Assembly (NCBI GenBank): GCA_026936335.1
Contig: JAPMXV010000042.1
Location: 434,001 to 498,000 of the forward strand
From: Mantamonas sphyraenae STR306
Lineage: Eukaryota > Protista > CRuMs
Reading direction: 5' to 3'
DNA: 64,000 nt
The position numbers and the translations under genes were made by a program. The stretch's first letter is position 1; every line of letters starts with the position of its first letter. The notes under the pieces were generated by a model that worked only from the letters and a program-made list of their open reading frames with translations, was not told the DNA's origin and did no database searches. This document shows positions 23,119 through 34,533 of this stretch, in pieces.

Positions 23119-24235
23119 ATGTTTGGTCGAGTGGCGAAACGGAGTGTGGTTGTGACGCGTGTGGGATTGGAAGAGGCTGCAGGGGCCATGGGGCAAGTGC
23201 GCTGGATGAGCAGCAGCCGCAACAGTAGCAGCAGCAACAACAAGGGTCGCAAGGCCAAGACGGCCAAGAACGAAGGTCTTTCCAAGGGCGGAGACTCGAG
23301 TCTGACAGGCTTTGCATCCATCAGCGACCTGGTGACGGCTGTGGACGCCGAGCCGAAGCGCAAGGACAGCTTCGAGATGGTCGAATCGCCAGCCTTGTTT
23401 GCCTCGGAAGAGGTTTCCCAGGACTCCGAGCCACGCTTCTTTGATTTCGACGCAGAGGAGACGCACATCACGGTGACGCTGGGGCCGCAGGTGGCCACAC
23501 TGGCGTCGCTGATGCCTTCGGACCATCCGTGTAAGTGGCGGGGAGAGGGGAAAACGCTGTGAGAGGGGACGCCGGAAACGGGCAGGTCGACGAGTACCTT
23601 TGCTGACGCCACAAGGGCGTTGGGCTTATGTACATGCATGCGGGTGTACCTTTGCGGCGACATGTGGGGGTTGCATGATTGTTTGTGGGTGTGTGTGGCG
23701 CGCGTGAAACCTGGACTGGGACGTGTGTGCGGCATGGACGGACTGGACTGGCTGGCTCTGGCTCCCTGTATTTTTCTCAGTTTCGCACTCGCTGGAGGTG
23801 TCTGCATTTGATTCGTCGTCGCCAATCCGGTTTGGCGACCGCATTTTGAGCAACCGGGATGCGCTGTACGACCACGGGGCAAACGCGTTGCCGGAAATGC
23901 TGGTAAACGGCCTGCTGATGTACCCGACCGGGGTGTTCCCCGAGTTTGCGCGTCAGGAGCTGGTGTCGCAGAAGGAGGTGGATGCATCGGCCGAGGCGGC
24001 GAGGGCCGAGGCGGAGCAGGACAGCAATGCGCTGGAGGCAGAGGCGCATGTACAAAGCGAAATAGTGACGCCTGCCGGGCGGACGGTCATTGCCGCCGTG
24101 GAGGAAGAAAACAGCGCTGAGGAGCTGCAAGCAAGCAGTGTGCTCAAGAAGCGACGCAAAAAGGTGCGCAAGCACAAGCTGCGCAAGCTGCGCAAGCGCA
24201 AACGGGCAGAGAGGAAGCGTCTGGGCAAGTTGTGA
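23119..24235 (+). CDS. Mitochondrial ribosomal protein mS38 / COX24-like (DUF1713 C-terminus); intron 23531-23780
   Basis: Presequence-like MFGRVAKR...RWMSS; C-terminal SSVLKKRRKKVRKHKLRKLRKRKR. Confidence 0.8.
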
Positions 24236-24272
24236 GGCTGGGAGAACTTTGAAAACGAATCAGTGTTTGTTG

Positions 24273-25361
24273 TCATGCTGCTGGCTCGTCGGCGGGTGCA
24301 GTGACATTCTGCAATTCTTTGGCCGCTGGCACGAATGCACCTTGGGTGTCCTTTTTGCACACGGCGCACTTGGAAGTCTTGCGGAAGCGTGTCAAGGCAC
24401 AGCCCTGGCAGAAGAAATGGCCGCAGCGCGTCTTGACTGGGTTTGTAAACGCCTTGCGGCAGATAAAACAAGCCCAGGGCAGAGGTTCCTTGGGAGCGGC
24501 GTCGGAGGAGTCTCCTTCCGAGGAGGAAGAGGAGGAGGAGGAGGAGGAGGAGGAGGAGCGAGCGGCTTGGGCTTGTTCCCACTCCCTGTCGATCTGCCAG
24601 CCTTGCTTGTAGTCGCCGCGGTCGTGGAGGTATATACACGTGTCGCCGTATCCACAGTACCCGGTCTCTTTGTAGTCCTTGCAGACGTCGGGCTGGTAAT
24701 CGATGGCGACGGAGGAGCGCAAGTTGCTGGAGGCTCGCAAAGGACCCACAGCCACGCCACGCTTCTCTGCATCGGCCCTACCGCCAGCAGAAAAGTCTTT
24801 GCGATAGGCAGCCTGGCCACGGTAAATCTTGTTGCCCTGTTCGTCCTCCTTGAGCTGCTGGTTGGCTTGGCCACGCTCAAAGATGGCCCTGGCGTCGCGG
24901 TCTGTGTCTGTGTGGATTTGTAGGGTGCGTGTGGCCATGTCGTCGTTGGATGTGAGGCCATCATTGCCCGTGGAGGAAAAGTGGACGTCTACGTCGGCCT
25001 TGCGGCGTGTGCTTTGTGCATTGACGGGCGTTTCGATGCGCGCGCGCTTGGCCGCCTGCAAGTGCGCGTCGAGGGAGTGGATCTCCGACTCGTCGGAGGG
25101 AGCAGATGTGGTTTGTACAGAGGGGCTGCTCCCTGGCGCGGTGTGGGCCGGCATATCGGCTTGGGGCTCAGAATCCGCCTCGTCGCGATTCCGCTTGCGA
25201 AATTTCTTGGAGGCTTGGCCCTTGCGCTTGCGTTTGGCGAAAGAGGTCTGGACGGGCGCCTGCGATTCATCTGTGTTGCTGCCCAGGGTCTGATCGATGA
25301 TTTCTTGCTGGCGAGTCTGGCTGCCAATGAGCTGGGTCACGTCTGGCAGCGGCGTTGTCAT
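24273..25361 (-). CDS. RNF113A: Spliceosomal CCCH + RING zinc-finger protein RNF113A/CWC24
   Basis: GPLRASSNLR...DYQPDVCKDYKETGYCGYGDTCIYLHDRGDYKQGWQ; RING CFIC...CGHFFC..C...CAVC. Confidence 0.95.
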   Translation of the reverse strand: MTTPLPDVTQLIGSQTRQQEIIDQTLGSNTDESQAPVQTSFAKRKRKGQASKKFRKRNRDEADSEPQADMPAHTAPGSSPSVQTTSAPSDESEIHSLDAHLQAAKRARIETPVNAQSTRRKADVDVHFSSTGNDGLTSNDDMATRTLQIHTDTDRDARAIFERGQANQQLKEDEQGNKIYRGQAAYRKDFSAGGRADAEKRGVAVGPLRASSNLRSSVAIDYQPDVCKDYKETGYCGYGDTCIYLHDRGDYKQGWQIDREWEQAQAARSSSSSSSSSSSSSEGDSSDAAPKEPLPWACFICRKAFTNPVKTRCGHFFCQGCALTRFRKTSKCAVCKKDTQGAFVPAAKELQNVTAPADEPAA

Positions 25362-26178
25362 CTGGGTTTTTCGCTGGTTCAGTCGACGCTGCCAGAAGAC
25401 GCATACTCAAGGATTTCGCGAGAGGGGAACGGAGAGATAGGCACCGAGGGTCCGGGGGGCACTGTGTGGACGCAACGAAAGGGGGCACATGGAGGTGTGA
25501 GTGGGCGAACGGGGCTGCAAGCGTAGTTCCTGACAACCCACACTCGATTTGGGAGCCGGCAAGGAAGCCAGAGTCGTCATCGTGCTGAGATAATAAGGAT
25601 AGAGAGGGAGAATGGGATGAAAAGTGGTCTGAAGAGGAATCTTGGCTGCTGGGCTGCTGGGTGAGGACAACGACGGCCTGGTCGTCACGAGGTGTGGTTG
25701 AGGACCGCGAACGGATGGTGGTGGATGCAGAGACGCCAAAGGAGAGGGAGGAGCTGACGTCGGAAGGAGAAGATCGCTGCTCGCTGTCATGTGTGGAGGT
25801 AGAAGATGGGCTGCTGCTGCTGTGGACGCGTGACCGGGGCCGGGAATGGCTGGCCAAAGGCTGCGAACGATCCGGCGAGGCGGAGTCAGAGGCGTCGACG
25901 CGGGAGCGCTTTGCATCGGGCAGGTTTTCGGCGTCCACAGGCTGCTGGGTTTGAAGTAGAGGCCATTGAGATGCTGGAGCCTCGATGCTGTCCTGGCTGG
26001 GGCTGCGTGTGCGCTTGCGGGGCGATGGGGAAGTGGTTGCCGAGCTCGCTCCTCCACGTGCCTGGTCACGACGAATGCAGTCCTGGCGGTAGGCGTCTAT
26101 GGCCGTGTCGATGTCCCTCATCCATGTGAGGATCTTTTTCTTTTTCCCTCGGGCGATGAGGACGTCGACACTTTGCAT
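25267..26178 (-). CDS. Hypothetical Ser-rich, largely disordered protein with SQ/TQ motifs; may really end at 25407 if the G-run near 25455 is one base too long
   Basis: An ATG-started ORF fills the gap between RNF113A and ELP3. As written it overlaps the RNF113A start by 95 nt. Confidence 0.45.
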   Translation of the reverse strand: MQSVDVLIARGKKKKILTWMRDIDTAIDAYRQDCIRRDQARGGASSATTSPSPRKRTRSPSQDSIEAPASQWPLLQTQQPVDAENLPDAKRSRVDASDSASPDRSQPLASHSRPRSRVHSSSSPSSTSTHDSEQRSSPSDVSSSLSFGVSASTTIRSRSSTTPRDDQAVVVLTQQPSSQDSSSDHFSSHSPSLSLLSQHDDDSGFLAGSQIECGLSGTTLAAPFAHSHLHVPPFVASTQCPPDPRCLSLRSPLAKSLSMRLLAASTEPAKNPDDNAAARRDPAHWQPDSPARNHRSDPGQQHR

Positions 26179-26247
26179 GCGAGCAGCAAGATGATGGCGG
26201 CCACGATTCTGCTGCGCCTGCAAGCGCCCAGGGACCAAACACAATCC

Positions 26248-28251
26248 ATGGGACGCCCTCTGCGCACTGAGCGCAAGAAGAACAAGTCCAAGGAACCAAA
26301 GAAGAAGGGCAACAAGGGTAAGTGGGCACCAGAGGTGGGCGCGGGGCGTTGGAGGCGAAATCGCGTTTCGTGGGAATGTGGCTGACGGGTCGCTTGCTTT
26401 CTCCCCCCTCTCTCTCTGGCACACACACACACACCAGCATCGTCGGCGGCGGCATGTCTGGCAGACATTGTGTCCATCCTAATCGATGGGTACGAAAAGG
26501 GCAAGAGTATGAATGTGACGCGGATCAAGGGCCAGTGCGCAGCGCGGCACCATTTGAACCACACGCCAAAGTTGATGGAGATCATTGCGGCGATTCCAGA
26601 GGACTACAAAGAGAAGTTGACGCCATTGTTGAAGGCCAAACCGATCCGCACTGCATCAGGGGTAAGTGGACGCGTGTGTGGCAGGCCCAGGAAGGTGTGG
26701 ATGGAGCGGTGGCGGGGTGCGTGTGGATGGAGAGCGAGTGTCCGCGGAGTTTTCTGAGGTTTGGCCGCGTTAACACGGACACGGGGCTCGGACATGGGAC
26801 ACGGACATGCGTGACAGATTGCAGTGGTGGCTGTGATGTGCAAGCCGCATAGGTGCCCACACATTGCATACACAGGAAATATCTGTGTGTACTGCCCGGG
26901 CGGCCCGGACAGCGACTTTGAGTACTCGACACAGTCGTACACAGGGTACGAGCCAACCAGCATGCGTGCAATCCGAGCTCGATACAATCCATACCTGCAG
27001 ACACGCAACCGTGTGGATCAGCTGCGTCGCCTGGGCCACAGCGTGGACAAGGTGGAGTTTATCATCATGGGAGGCACCTTCATGTCGCTGCCCATGGAGT
27101 ACCGCGATTACTTTATCCGCAATCTGCACGATGCACTGTCTGGGCACACGTCGAACAACGTGTCGGAGGCGGTGCGGTACTCGCAGCAGAGCAAGACCAA
27201 GTGCATTGGCATCACCATCGAAACCAGGCCAGACTACTGCCTGAACCAGCACGTGTCGTCCATGCTGGACTATGGATGCACACGACTGGAGATTGGCGTG
27301 CAGAGTGTGTACGAAGACGTGGCGCGGGACACCAACCGAGGCCACACCGTCAAGGCGGTGCAAGAGAGTTTCCAGATCGCCAAGGACGCCGGATACAAGA
27401 TTGTGGCTCACATGATGCCCGATTTGCCCAACGTGGGCATGGAGCGGGACATCCTCGGGTTCAAGGAGTTCTTTGAGAACCCTGCGTTCCGCACAGACGG
27501 ATTGAAGATTTACCCGACCCTTGTCATCCGCGGCACGGGTCTGTATGAATTGTGGAAGACGGGCAGGTACCAAAACTACCACCCGGACGAGCTTGTGGAC
27601 CTCGTTGCGAAGCTGCTTACGATGGTGCCTCCGTGGATGCGTATCTACAGGATCCAGCGCGACATTCCGATGCCCCTGGTGACGTCGGGCGTGGAGTATG
27701 GCAACCTGCGGCAGCTGGCGCTGGCGAGGATGAAGGAAATGGGCAGTGTGTGTCGCGATGTGCGCACACGTGAGGTGGGCATCCAGGACATCCACCACAA
27801 GGTGCAGCCGGAGGAGGTGGAGCTGATCCGACGTGACTACATGGCCAATGGCGGCTGGGAGACGTTCCTGTCGTACGAGGACCCGACGCAGGACATTTTG
27901 ATTGGTCTGCTGCGACTTCGCAAGTGTGGATCGTCCACGTTCCGTGAGGAGCTGCAGGGCAGGTGCTCGATCGTGCGCGAGCTGCACGTGTACGGCAGCG
28001 TGGTGCCGGTCCACAACCGGGACCCCAAGAAGTTTCAGCACCAGGGCTACGGTAAGATGTTGATGGAGGAGGCGGAGCGAATTGCGCGGGAGGAGCATGG
28101 CAGCGTGAAACTGGCTGTCATCAGCGGTGTGGGCACGCGCGACTACTATGCCAAGCTGGGGTACTCCCTCGATGGACCGTACGTGAGCAAGATGCTGTAC
28201 GGCGAGGAGGGTGAGGACGAGGAAGACTGGTGGGGATTGGATGGTGTGTGA
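26248..28251 (+). CDS. ELP3: Elongator complex protein 3 (radical SAM + GNAT); introns 26318-26437 and 26662-26817
   Basis: [23 protein letters not shown]...CVYCPGG; ETRPD; VRELHVYG; QHQGYG; [10 protein letters not shown]. Confidence 0.98.
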
Positions 28252-28300
28252 ACGAGGGGCAAGTGCGCCGGAGCGGCCAGTGTGCAGGAAACAAAGAACC

Positions 28301-29002
28301 ATGCTCAATCGAGTCGGCCGCAGAGACATTGCGGCTGCAGTGGATTGCACCATTGTAGCGTTGATTCTCGTGGGCGTTGGACTCTATTTTCTGATTGTGT
28401 ACGGCAGCCGCGTCAGCTACGAGACAAACGCGGTAGAGATGCTCCATTTCACAAAGACAGACTGTGTGACGGGACAAAAGCGCATGGAACACAAGGATGT
28501 GCAAGGAACGGCGAGGCCGGGGCACCGGGCAAGCATCGATGTGGTGTACACAGTTGCGCCAAACAACATCACGATCAACTCGACGGCCCACGACCTCATT
28601 GGGGGCCAGTTTCTTCCCAACCAGGAGCATGCCCTGCGCTTCTACATGCACTACCAGCGAGGCCACACATATCCGTGCTGGTACGATCCAAAGAGCAACA
28701 CCACGGTGTCGTTGCACCAGGGCAACGCTCCCACCGAGTGGCACACATACGCCACACTGGGGCTCATCAGCGCGGTGGTTGTGTATGTCGTGGTCATTGT
28801 TCTTGCCTCTGTGTTCTGCTTCTACCAGATAGTGCCCTTGGTCAAGAACTGGTTCGGGCACAATGTGCAGCGCGAATACGACGAGGCCGCAGAGCTTCTC
28901 AACAGGAACCGAGAGGCAAACGACGGCGGTGACGATATCCAGGATGCAGACGATGCCGATCCGCGCTTCCCTGGCGAGGGCAACCGCGTTGGCTATGCGT
29001 GA
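28301..29002 (+). CDS. Two-TM membrane protein with an extracellular loop (BK-channel beta subunit / DUF3592-like)
   Basis: TM1, then TKTDC...GHTYPCWYDP, then TM2 and an acidic cytosolic tail. Confidence 0.6.
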   Translation: MLNRVGRRDIAAAVDCTIVALILVGVGLYFLIVYGSRVSYETNAVEMLHFTKTDCVTGQKRMEHKDVQGTARPGHRASIDVVYTVAPNNITINSTAHDLIGGQFLPNQEHALRFYMHYQRGHTYPCWYDPKSNTTVSLHQGNAPTEWHTYATLGLISAVVVYVVVIVLASVFCFYQIVPLVKNWFGHNVQREYDEAAELLNRNREANDGGDDIQDADDADPRFPGEGNRVGYA

Positions 29003-29138
29003 GGCGTGTGGGAAGTGACTCAGGAGGGCGTGTCGCGTTTGTGAAGGTTTGATCCGTGTTGATTTCAAAACCAATTTGAACTGTGACGCTCTCATGTCGC
29101 ACAACCAACATCCTTTGCTCGGTTCTCTTATGCTGTGG

Positions 29139-29799
29139 TCACTGTGCACTGCTTGCTTTGGCCTTGCCTTTGCCGGCTGACGCGTCGGAGGCTGATGAGT
29201 TTGCCCAGCTGTAGTCGCTGTCAGGCTCCTCGTAGCCGTCCCATTCGTCCTGAGCGTGCTCATACATGTACATTTTGGCGACTGAGTTGTAGCCACGGAG
29301 ATCACCGTGGCGAATGAGGTTGCTTGCGTCGCAGTTGAGCGGGGAGTTTTCGTTGCCGCTGGACAAGAGGACGATGATGTTGCGGCAGACGACCTCGAGG
29401 GAGTAGGCAGCCGTCCACTTGTCCTTGAGGATGTCCAGGCAGATTTCGCCGTTCATGTCGATGTTGGGGTGGAAGACCTTGTTGAGCATGGTGACCTTGG
29501 GCGGAACCATGGGGTAGTCCTGGCTCACCTGGATGTCCAGCTCGTAGATGCCTCCTTCGTAGGGAGAGTCGGGCGGGCCTTCGATCTTGGCCGTCCATCT
29601 GTACAGGTTGTCTTCCGAGGCCAGCTGCAGCCGGATGTCCGTGTCTTTGGAGCGCCGCGCCGTGCGAAACTCCTTCATGAGGCGCGAGTGCGAGCTCTGA
29701 ATGGGCACACGCAGACGATGGTCGAGTGTGAGTAAACTACACAAACAAAGTGGGGAGTACAGCGAAGGAGGAAGGGTGAAGAGGGGTTGCACACACCAT
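29139..29799 (-). CDS. PEX4: Peroxisomal E2 enzyme PEX4; ATG-only first exon, intron 29697-29796
   Basis: RLMKEF...FHPNIDMNGEICLDILK...SPLNCDASNLIRHGDLRGYNSVAKMY. The C-terminal signature resembles plant PEX4/UBC21. Confidence 0.85.
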
Positions 29800-29922
29800 G
29801 GCAGCAGCTTGGAGGGATGTTTGTTGCGGCGGCTGGCGCAAAGGTTGAAACTCCGGCTCATTCTCGAGGGTGTGTTTCCGGCGGGGTGGTGAGAAGCACA
29901 GACAAAAGGGAAACACATAGAA

Positions 29923-31593
29923 ATGAGTGCGGCGGGATTGTATGTTGTGTCGTACACAGGCACGAAACTGCTGGAGCGGGAGGTGGTTGGGGTCAAGGCT
30001 GCGTCGTCGGCGTCGCAGATTGCATGGGGTGTGGAACAGACGGGGAGCAACAACACAGACGGGATTAAAGTGCAGGCGTTTGGCAGCGAAGACGCACAGG
30101 TGGCACTGGCCACGTTTCACGACAACCTGACGATCATTGGACTGACGTCGGAGCAGGTGCCCCAAAAGGACATGCAGCGGTGGCTACACTGTGCGTACGA
30201 CATCCTGGTGGTGTACCTGGGGCTGAACACCCTCAAGAGCGGAGCACAAATCGACCAGCTGACCAACCGCGACGTAAAGGTGGGTGTGTTTTTTCAAGCG
30301 GAGCGCTGGCTTGGCGCGAAAAGATCACAGACACAGCCATGGGTGACCCTGCACAATTTGTTGGACTGACACCAGGGCGTGGGCGTGTGATCTCATTGCG
30401 TGTGTGGACACCAGGTGGTTGTGCCGGCCATGGATGTGCTGCTGGGGTTGAGCGGGAGTGTGGGGTCGAAGCTGAGGAGGCTGGACACCGTGTTGCTTGA
30501 GGAAGGGGAGGTTGCACTGCTGAAACGAAGCATGGGTGCGTTCGATACGGGACTGGCGGAGTGCAGGGAGAGCGTGGCGCACGTGGAGGCCAGGGAAGGC
30601 AACGCGCCGTTTGCTGTGTACGCATGTGTCATGATACACGGAAGGCTGGCATACGGGAGTGCGAGCTGGTTTGAATTGCACGAGGACGACCGCTTTGCCA
30701 TCCAGACAGTGTTGGCGAGTCAACCGGGAGAGTTTGCGCGTGATTTGCCGCTGTTCTTACCGCAGATGAGTGCGACGCAACGGGTACGGCTGGTGACGGT
30801 GTGCATCACACCGGGCATGGAGTTGGTGATGGTTGCAGGTGGCAATCCAGATTTGAATGTGATCGTGCGCGAGGCAGGGCGTGCGTTTAGCCGCGTTGCC
30901 GCTGGCTCGATGTCGTCCAACGGGCTGTTCTCCTTATCGGACAAGCTGCAAGCAAACAAATGGAACAGCGAACATAGCTTCTGGAGTCTGGGCAAGAACC
31001 TGCGTGCGCAGGTGGACAGCGGCATTGCCGCCTTGTTGGTTGAAGACCTGGCCGGACACGCCATCGTGTCGTACTGCACCACGTTGGCAAAGCGCATCAA
31101 GTACACCCTGAACAAAGTGAGCCGCGAGTACATGGAGGAGGACGGATCAGACAAAGACAACAACACGGCGGATGTTGGGCGTGGCTCGTCGTCGTCGTCA
31201 TCCTCGTCGTCGTCCTCTGTGGCCGGTGCGGGTGCGGCAGGCTCATCCAAGAGTCGGGTGGTGGAGGAAGATGGGGCCGCAAATGTGGCTGTGGACGTGA
31301 TGGCGGTGCTGCTGGAGTTTTACCAGCAGTCGCAGCTGTTTTACGATGCGGACGACCTGTTGGAAGGCACGTCGCACGAAGAGAGCACAAGAGGGGTGGA
31401 GGTGAACGACGAGCCGCTGGATTCGTACATCCAGCTGAAGAACTACGGCCTGTGTAGCGTCACGCGTGACGGGCGGCGCGTGTATGCTCTCCTCGACGTG
31501 GACGTGCCTGTGTTTGCCATGGTGCCTCTGATCGAGGATCTTCTCGGGGAAAGTGACCTTGTGGCAGCCATGGAGCGTGTGCGTGGAGTGTGA
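29923..31593 (+). CDS. FUZ: Fuzzy (CPLANE tri-longin protein); intron 30280-30414
   Basis: ILVVYLGLNTL; WFEL...ARDLPLFLP...RLVTVCITPGMELVMVAGGNPDL matches the second longin domain of FUZ. Confidence 0.78.
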
Positions 31594-31645
31594 GGGTGGG
31601 GAATGTGGACGCCAAAGCAGCGAGTAGCCAACAAAGTGAATTGCC

Positions 31646-32305
31646 ATGTTCAGGCGCGTGCAGAGCGTGCGCACAGCAGGGAGTGCTTACGATTTGACCA
31701 ACATGGACTTGGTGCTGCGTCCTCCGGCCAATGTGCGCAGCATGTGTCCTGGGTGTGGGAAGCCCAACGTGCTCATAGCGCGTCGCTGCACCGCGTGCCA
31801 AGAGTCGTTGAAGAATGCAGAGGTGGGTGAAATCGAATGCCCGTTTGCCAAAATTGTTGCAGGCAAGGATACGGAGCACAGAGTGCTGGAGGAGACGGAG
31901 CACGTGCTTGTCTTTGAGGATTCGTTCAAAGTGGCTGAGCACCATCTGCTAGCCATTCCAAAAGCACACGTGTCCAGCATCATGGAGCTTGGCCAAGAAG
32001 ACGCGTGGCTGGTGGACGAGATGGTGCGTGTGGGCGAGCAGGTGCTGGAGAGAGTAGCCGGCGTGTCAGCGACGATCGAGGGATTCAACGTCCCGGTGTC
32101 CATTGACTGGTTGCACCTTCATGTGGTGGCAGGGAAGCTGAAACACCGCAACTGCTTCCGTGCACCGAGGTGGCACAGGCTGGAGCACGTCCAGAACGAC
32201 CTGAAGGACTTTGGGGAGGTGCGCGACCTGTACCGTCACCCGGAGAGGCTGGGAGACGAGGAGGCGTGGTGGGAGGAGCACGTGGGCAGGGCAGAGGTTA
32301 TGTGA
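31646..32305 (+). CDS. Zinc-ribbon + HIT-family nucleotide hydrolase (HINT3-like); alternative start at 31703
   Basis: CPGC...CTAC ribbon; CPFAKI; HHLLAIPKAHV; GFNVPVSIDWLHLHVV. Confidence 0.85.
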   Translation: MFRRVQSVRTAGSAYDLTNMDLVLRPPANVRSMCPGCGKPNVLIARRCTACQESLKNAEVGEIECPFAKIVAGKDTEHRVLEETEHVLVFEDSFKVAEHHLLAIPKAHVSSIMELGQEDAWLVDEMVRVGEQVLERVAGVSATIEGFNVPVSIDWLHLHVVAGKLKHRNCFRAPRWHRLEHVQNDLKDFGEVRDLYRHPERLGDEEAWWEEHVGRAEVM

Positions 32306-32371
32306 ATGGCTTTGGTGGTGTTGACGGCCGATGGTGAGGATGCGCTGGTGGAGGCAAGACGGCCGAAGGAA

Positions 32372-33664
32372 ATGTCAAGCAAGCTCAGCAAGCCGCAGCA
32401 AAAGAAGCTGGACGAGGCGACAGAGAAGATGAAGGAGGGGCAAAAGTGTGCCAGCAAGGGCCTGTTTCGTTGGAAGGAGGACTGGGATGGGGCCGCACTG
32501 GCGTTCAAGAAGGCGGGGGACAACTTTAAGTTTCTGAAAATGTACGAAGAGGCCAAAGAGGCGTACCTGCTCGAAGCAAATGCACAGGAGGAGTGCGACA
32601 TGTAAGTTACAAGGAACATGCGTGCAGAGAGGGAATGCGGTCGGACGGGACGCGCGTTTGTGCGTGGAAAAGGCGAGGGGTGGTGGGCAAAAGGGCAAGG
32701 GGTTCACTCCAGGAATTGAGGTCCAACTAACCCGTGCGCTGGGGGGCGAACACACAGCTTCTTCCACGCGGCCAAGGCGATGGAAAACGCAGCCTTGATG
32801 TGCGAGAAGCTGGAGGAGAAGGACTTGTGGCTGGAGTACATGCAGAAGAGTGTGTTCCACCACCGGCAGAATGACAACGTGGGCGCAGCGGCGGAAAGCT
32901 TGGCGCGCGTAGCTCGCAAGCTGGAGAAGGATGAGCCCGAGCGAGCACTGGAGCTGTACCACGAGGTGCTTGAGCTGTATGGCGACGAGGACAAGGAGGC
33001 GTTCCAGCACGAGCACTTTCAGCGCATGTACCCGCTGCTGATCAAGGCGGACGACTACAAGGGCATCCTGACGCTGCTGGAGAAGCAGCTGGAGTCGTAC
33101 ACGAAGCAGGAATCGCAGCACAACGTGCTCAAGATCATGGTGTTCCTCACTGTGGTCTGCCTGAAGTGGGACGACTACGCAACGGCGGACAGGTACTACC
33201 AGACATTCCTGAGCACGCCTGGGTACGCAGGCTCGGAGGAGTCGCGTACCATCTCCACGCTTCTGGATGCATGGGAGCTGGCCGATGCAGAGATGCTGGA
33301 GTCGATCAAGAAGAGGTCGTCCTTGAAGCACTTGGACAACGCCTTTGCCAAATTGGCCATGTCGCTGGAACTGCCCGAGGGTGCCATGCCCATCAAGGCC
33401 AAGGTGCAGACCCTGGATCTGGGGGGTCCCGAGGAGTTTGCTGCTGAGCAGGAAGCAAAGAAGGCCGCCGGCGGCAGCAGCAGCAACCCGGGCGCGGAAG
33501 ACGACGACGACGAAGGACTGGGAGTCGAGGAGACTCCCGAGGAGGATGAACCGGAGGATGCAGGTGATGCAAGTGCTGAGAATCAGAACACGGGAGCAAG
33601 CACTGGAGCAAGCGCCCCGGCTGCCGAGACGACCGCCGAGGACGACGAGGAAGACTTTCTCTGA
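32372..33664 (+). CDS. NAPG: Gamma-SNAP (soluble NSF attachment protein gamma); intron 32602-32757
   Basis: KGLFRWKEDWDGAALAFKKA; FFHAAKAME; LKHLDNAFAKLA; acidic C-terminus ending DEEDFL. Confidence 0.9.
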
Positions 33665-33829
33665 GAACTGTGATGAGAACAGCGCCAGTCAATGGGAAAA
33701 CAGAAGGAGAGTGGCAAAGGGGAGAGAAAGAAAGCAAGCAATGAAGCAGGTGGAGCAGGTTGAGGAGCAGCACGCACGCGCATCCACCCATTTTCCTCCT
33801 GCGGACCGCATCCCAGCCATCCACACGCA

Positions 33830-34361
33830 ATGGCCAACTGGGGCTTCATTGCATCACAGGCCTTTCCATGCTGCGTCTTCTTGGCGTTTGGTCTGACGTG
33901 GTTGATTGTCAACGCCGACAACTACAGCCTGGAGGGAGCGCCCGTGGGCCAGAAATGGACCAATGTGACCGCGAAAGTGGAGGAGATGCTCTTGGAGGAG
34001 TTTGCACAGCAAGGTTACTATACTGCCACGATGATGTACAGGGGAGCGCGCGGGTCTCTTTTCCAAATGTGTACAACGCTTCTGCGCCCCGGCGCTTAGC
34101 GATCGCGTACAACACGGTTCAGGCGTGTACACGTCCGACCATGACCAAGCCAAGGCGTACACCGAACAGTTCAAGGTCGGGGCATCGTACCCGCTGTACG
34201 TGGACCCGCACGACAAGGACATGCTCCGCGTCTCGCTGACGGGCGGTCATGCACACATCAGCACCTGGGATTTGTACCTGGGCCTGGGTATCGCGTTTAC
34301 AGTGGTCGCCGTCATTGCCTTTCTGTGTCTATTGGGCGGAGTCCTCTCTGGCAAGCTGTGA
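33830..34361 (+). CDS. Two-TM DUF3592-like membrane protein; apparent frameshift at ~34042
   Basis: TM1 and WTNVTAKV; after a +1 shift in the G4 run the frame continues to FKVGASYPLYVDP and TM2. Confidence 0.6.
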
Positions 34362-34533
34362 TTGTGGAGAGGGAAATCGCAAACGCGCCAACCAAAACGA
34401 CACCGAATGACGCACATGAAAATGACCAACAATGGAAGACCCTGTGTGTTGTTCCTTTTCGTCCTGGAGTGTATTCATCATTGTTGGTTGGAGAGGGATG
34501 CAACGCCCAGCGCTTGCTTGCAGTTCCTCGTGT

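Noticed and set aside
34010-34125. Two consecutive -1 frameshifts in the DUF3592-like gene
   Set aside because: A single +1 shift at the G-run 34041-34044 gives an open, plausible frame and is more parsimonious.
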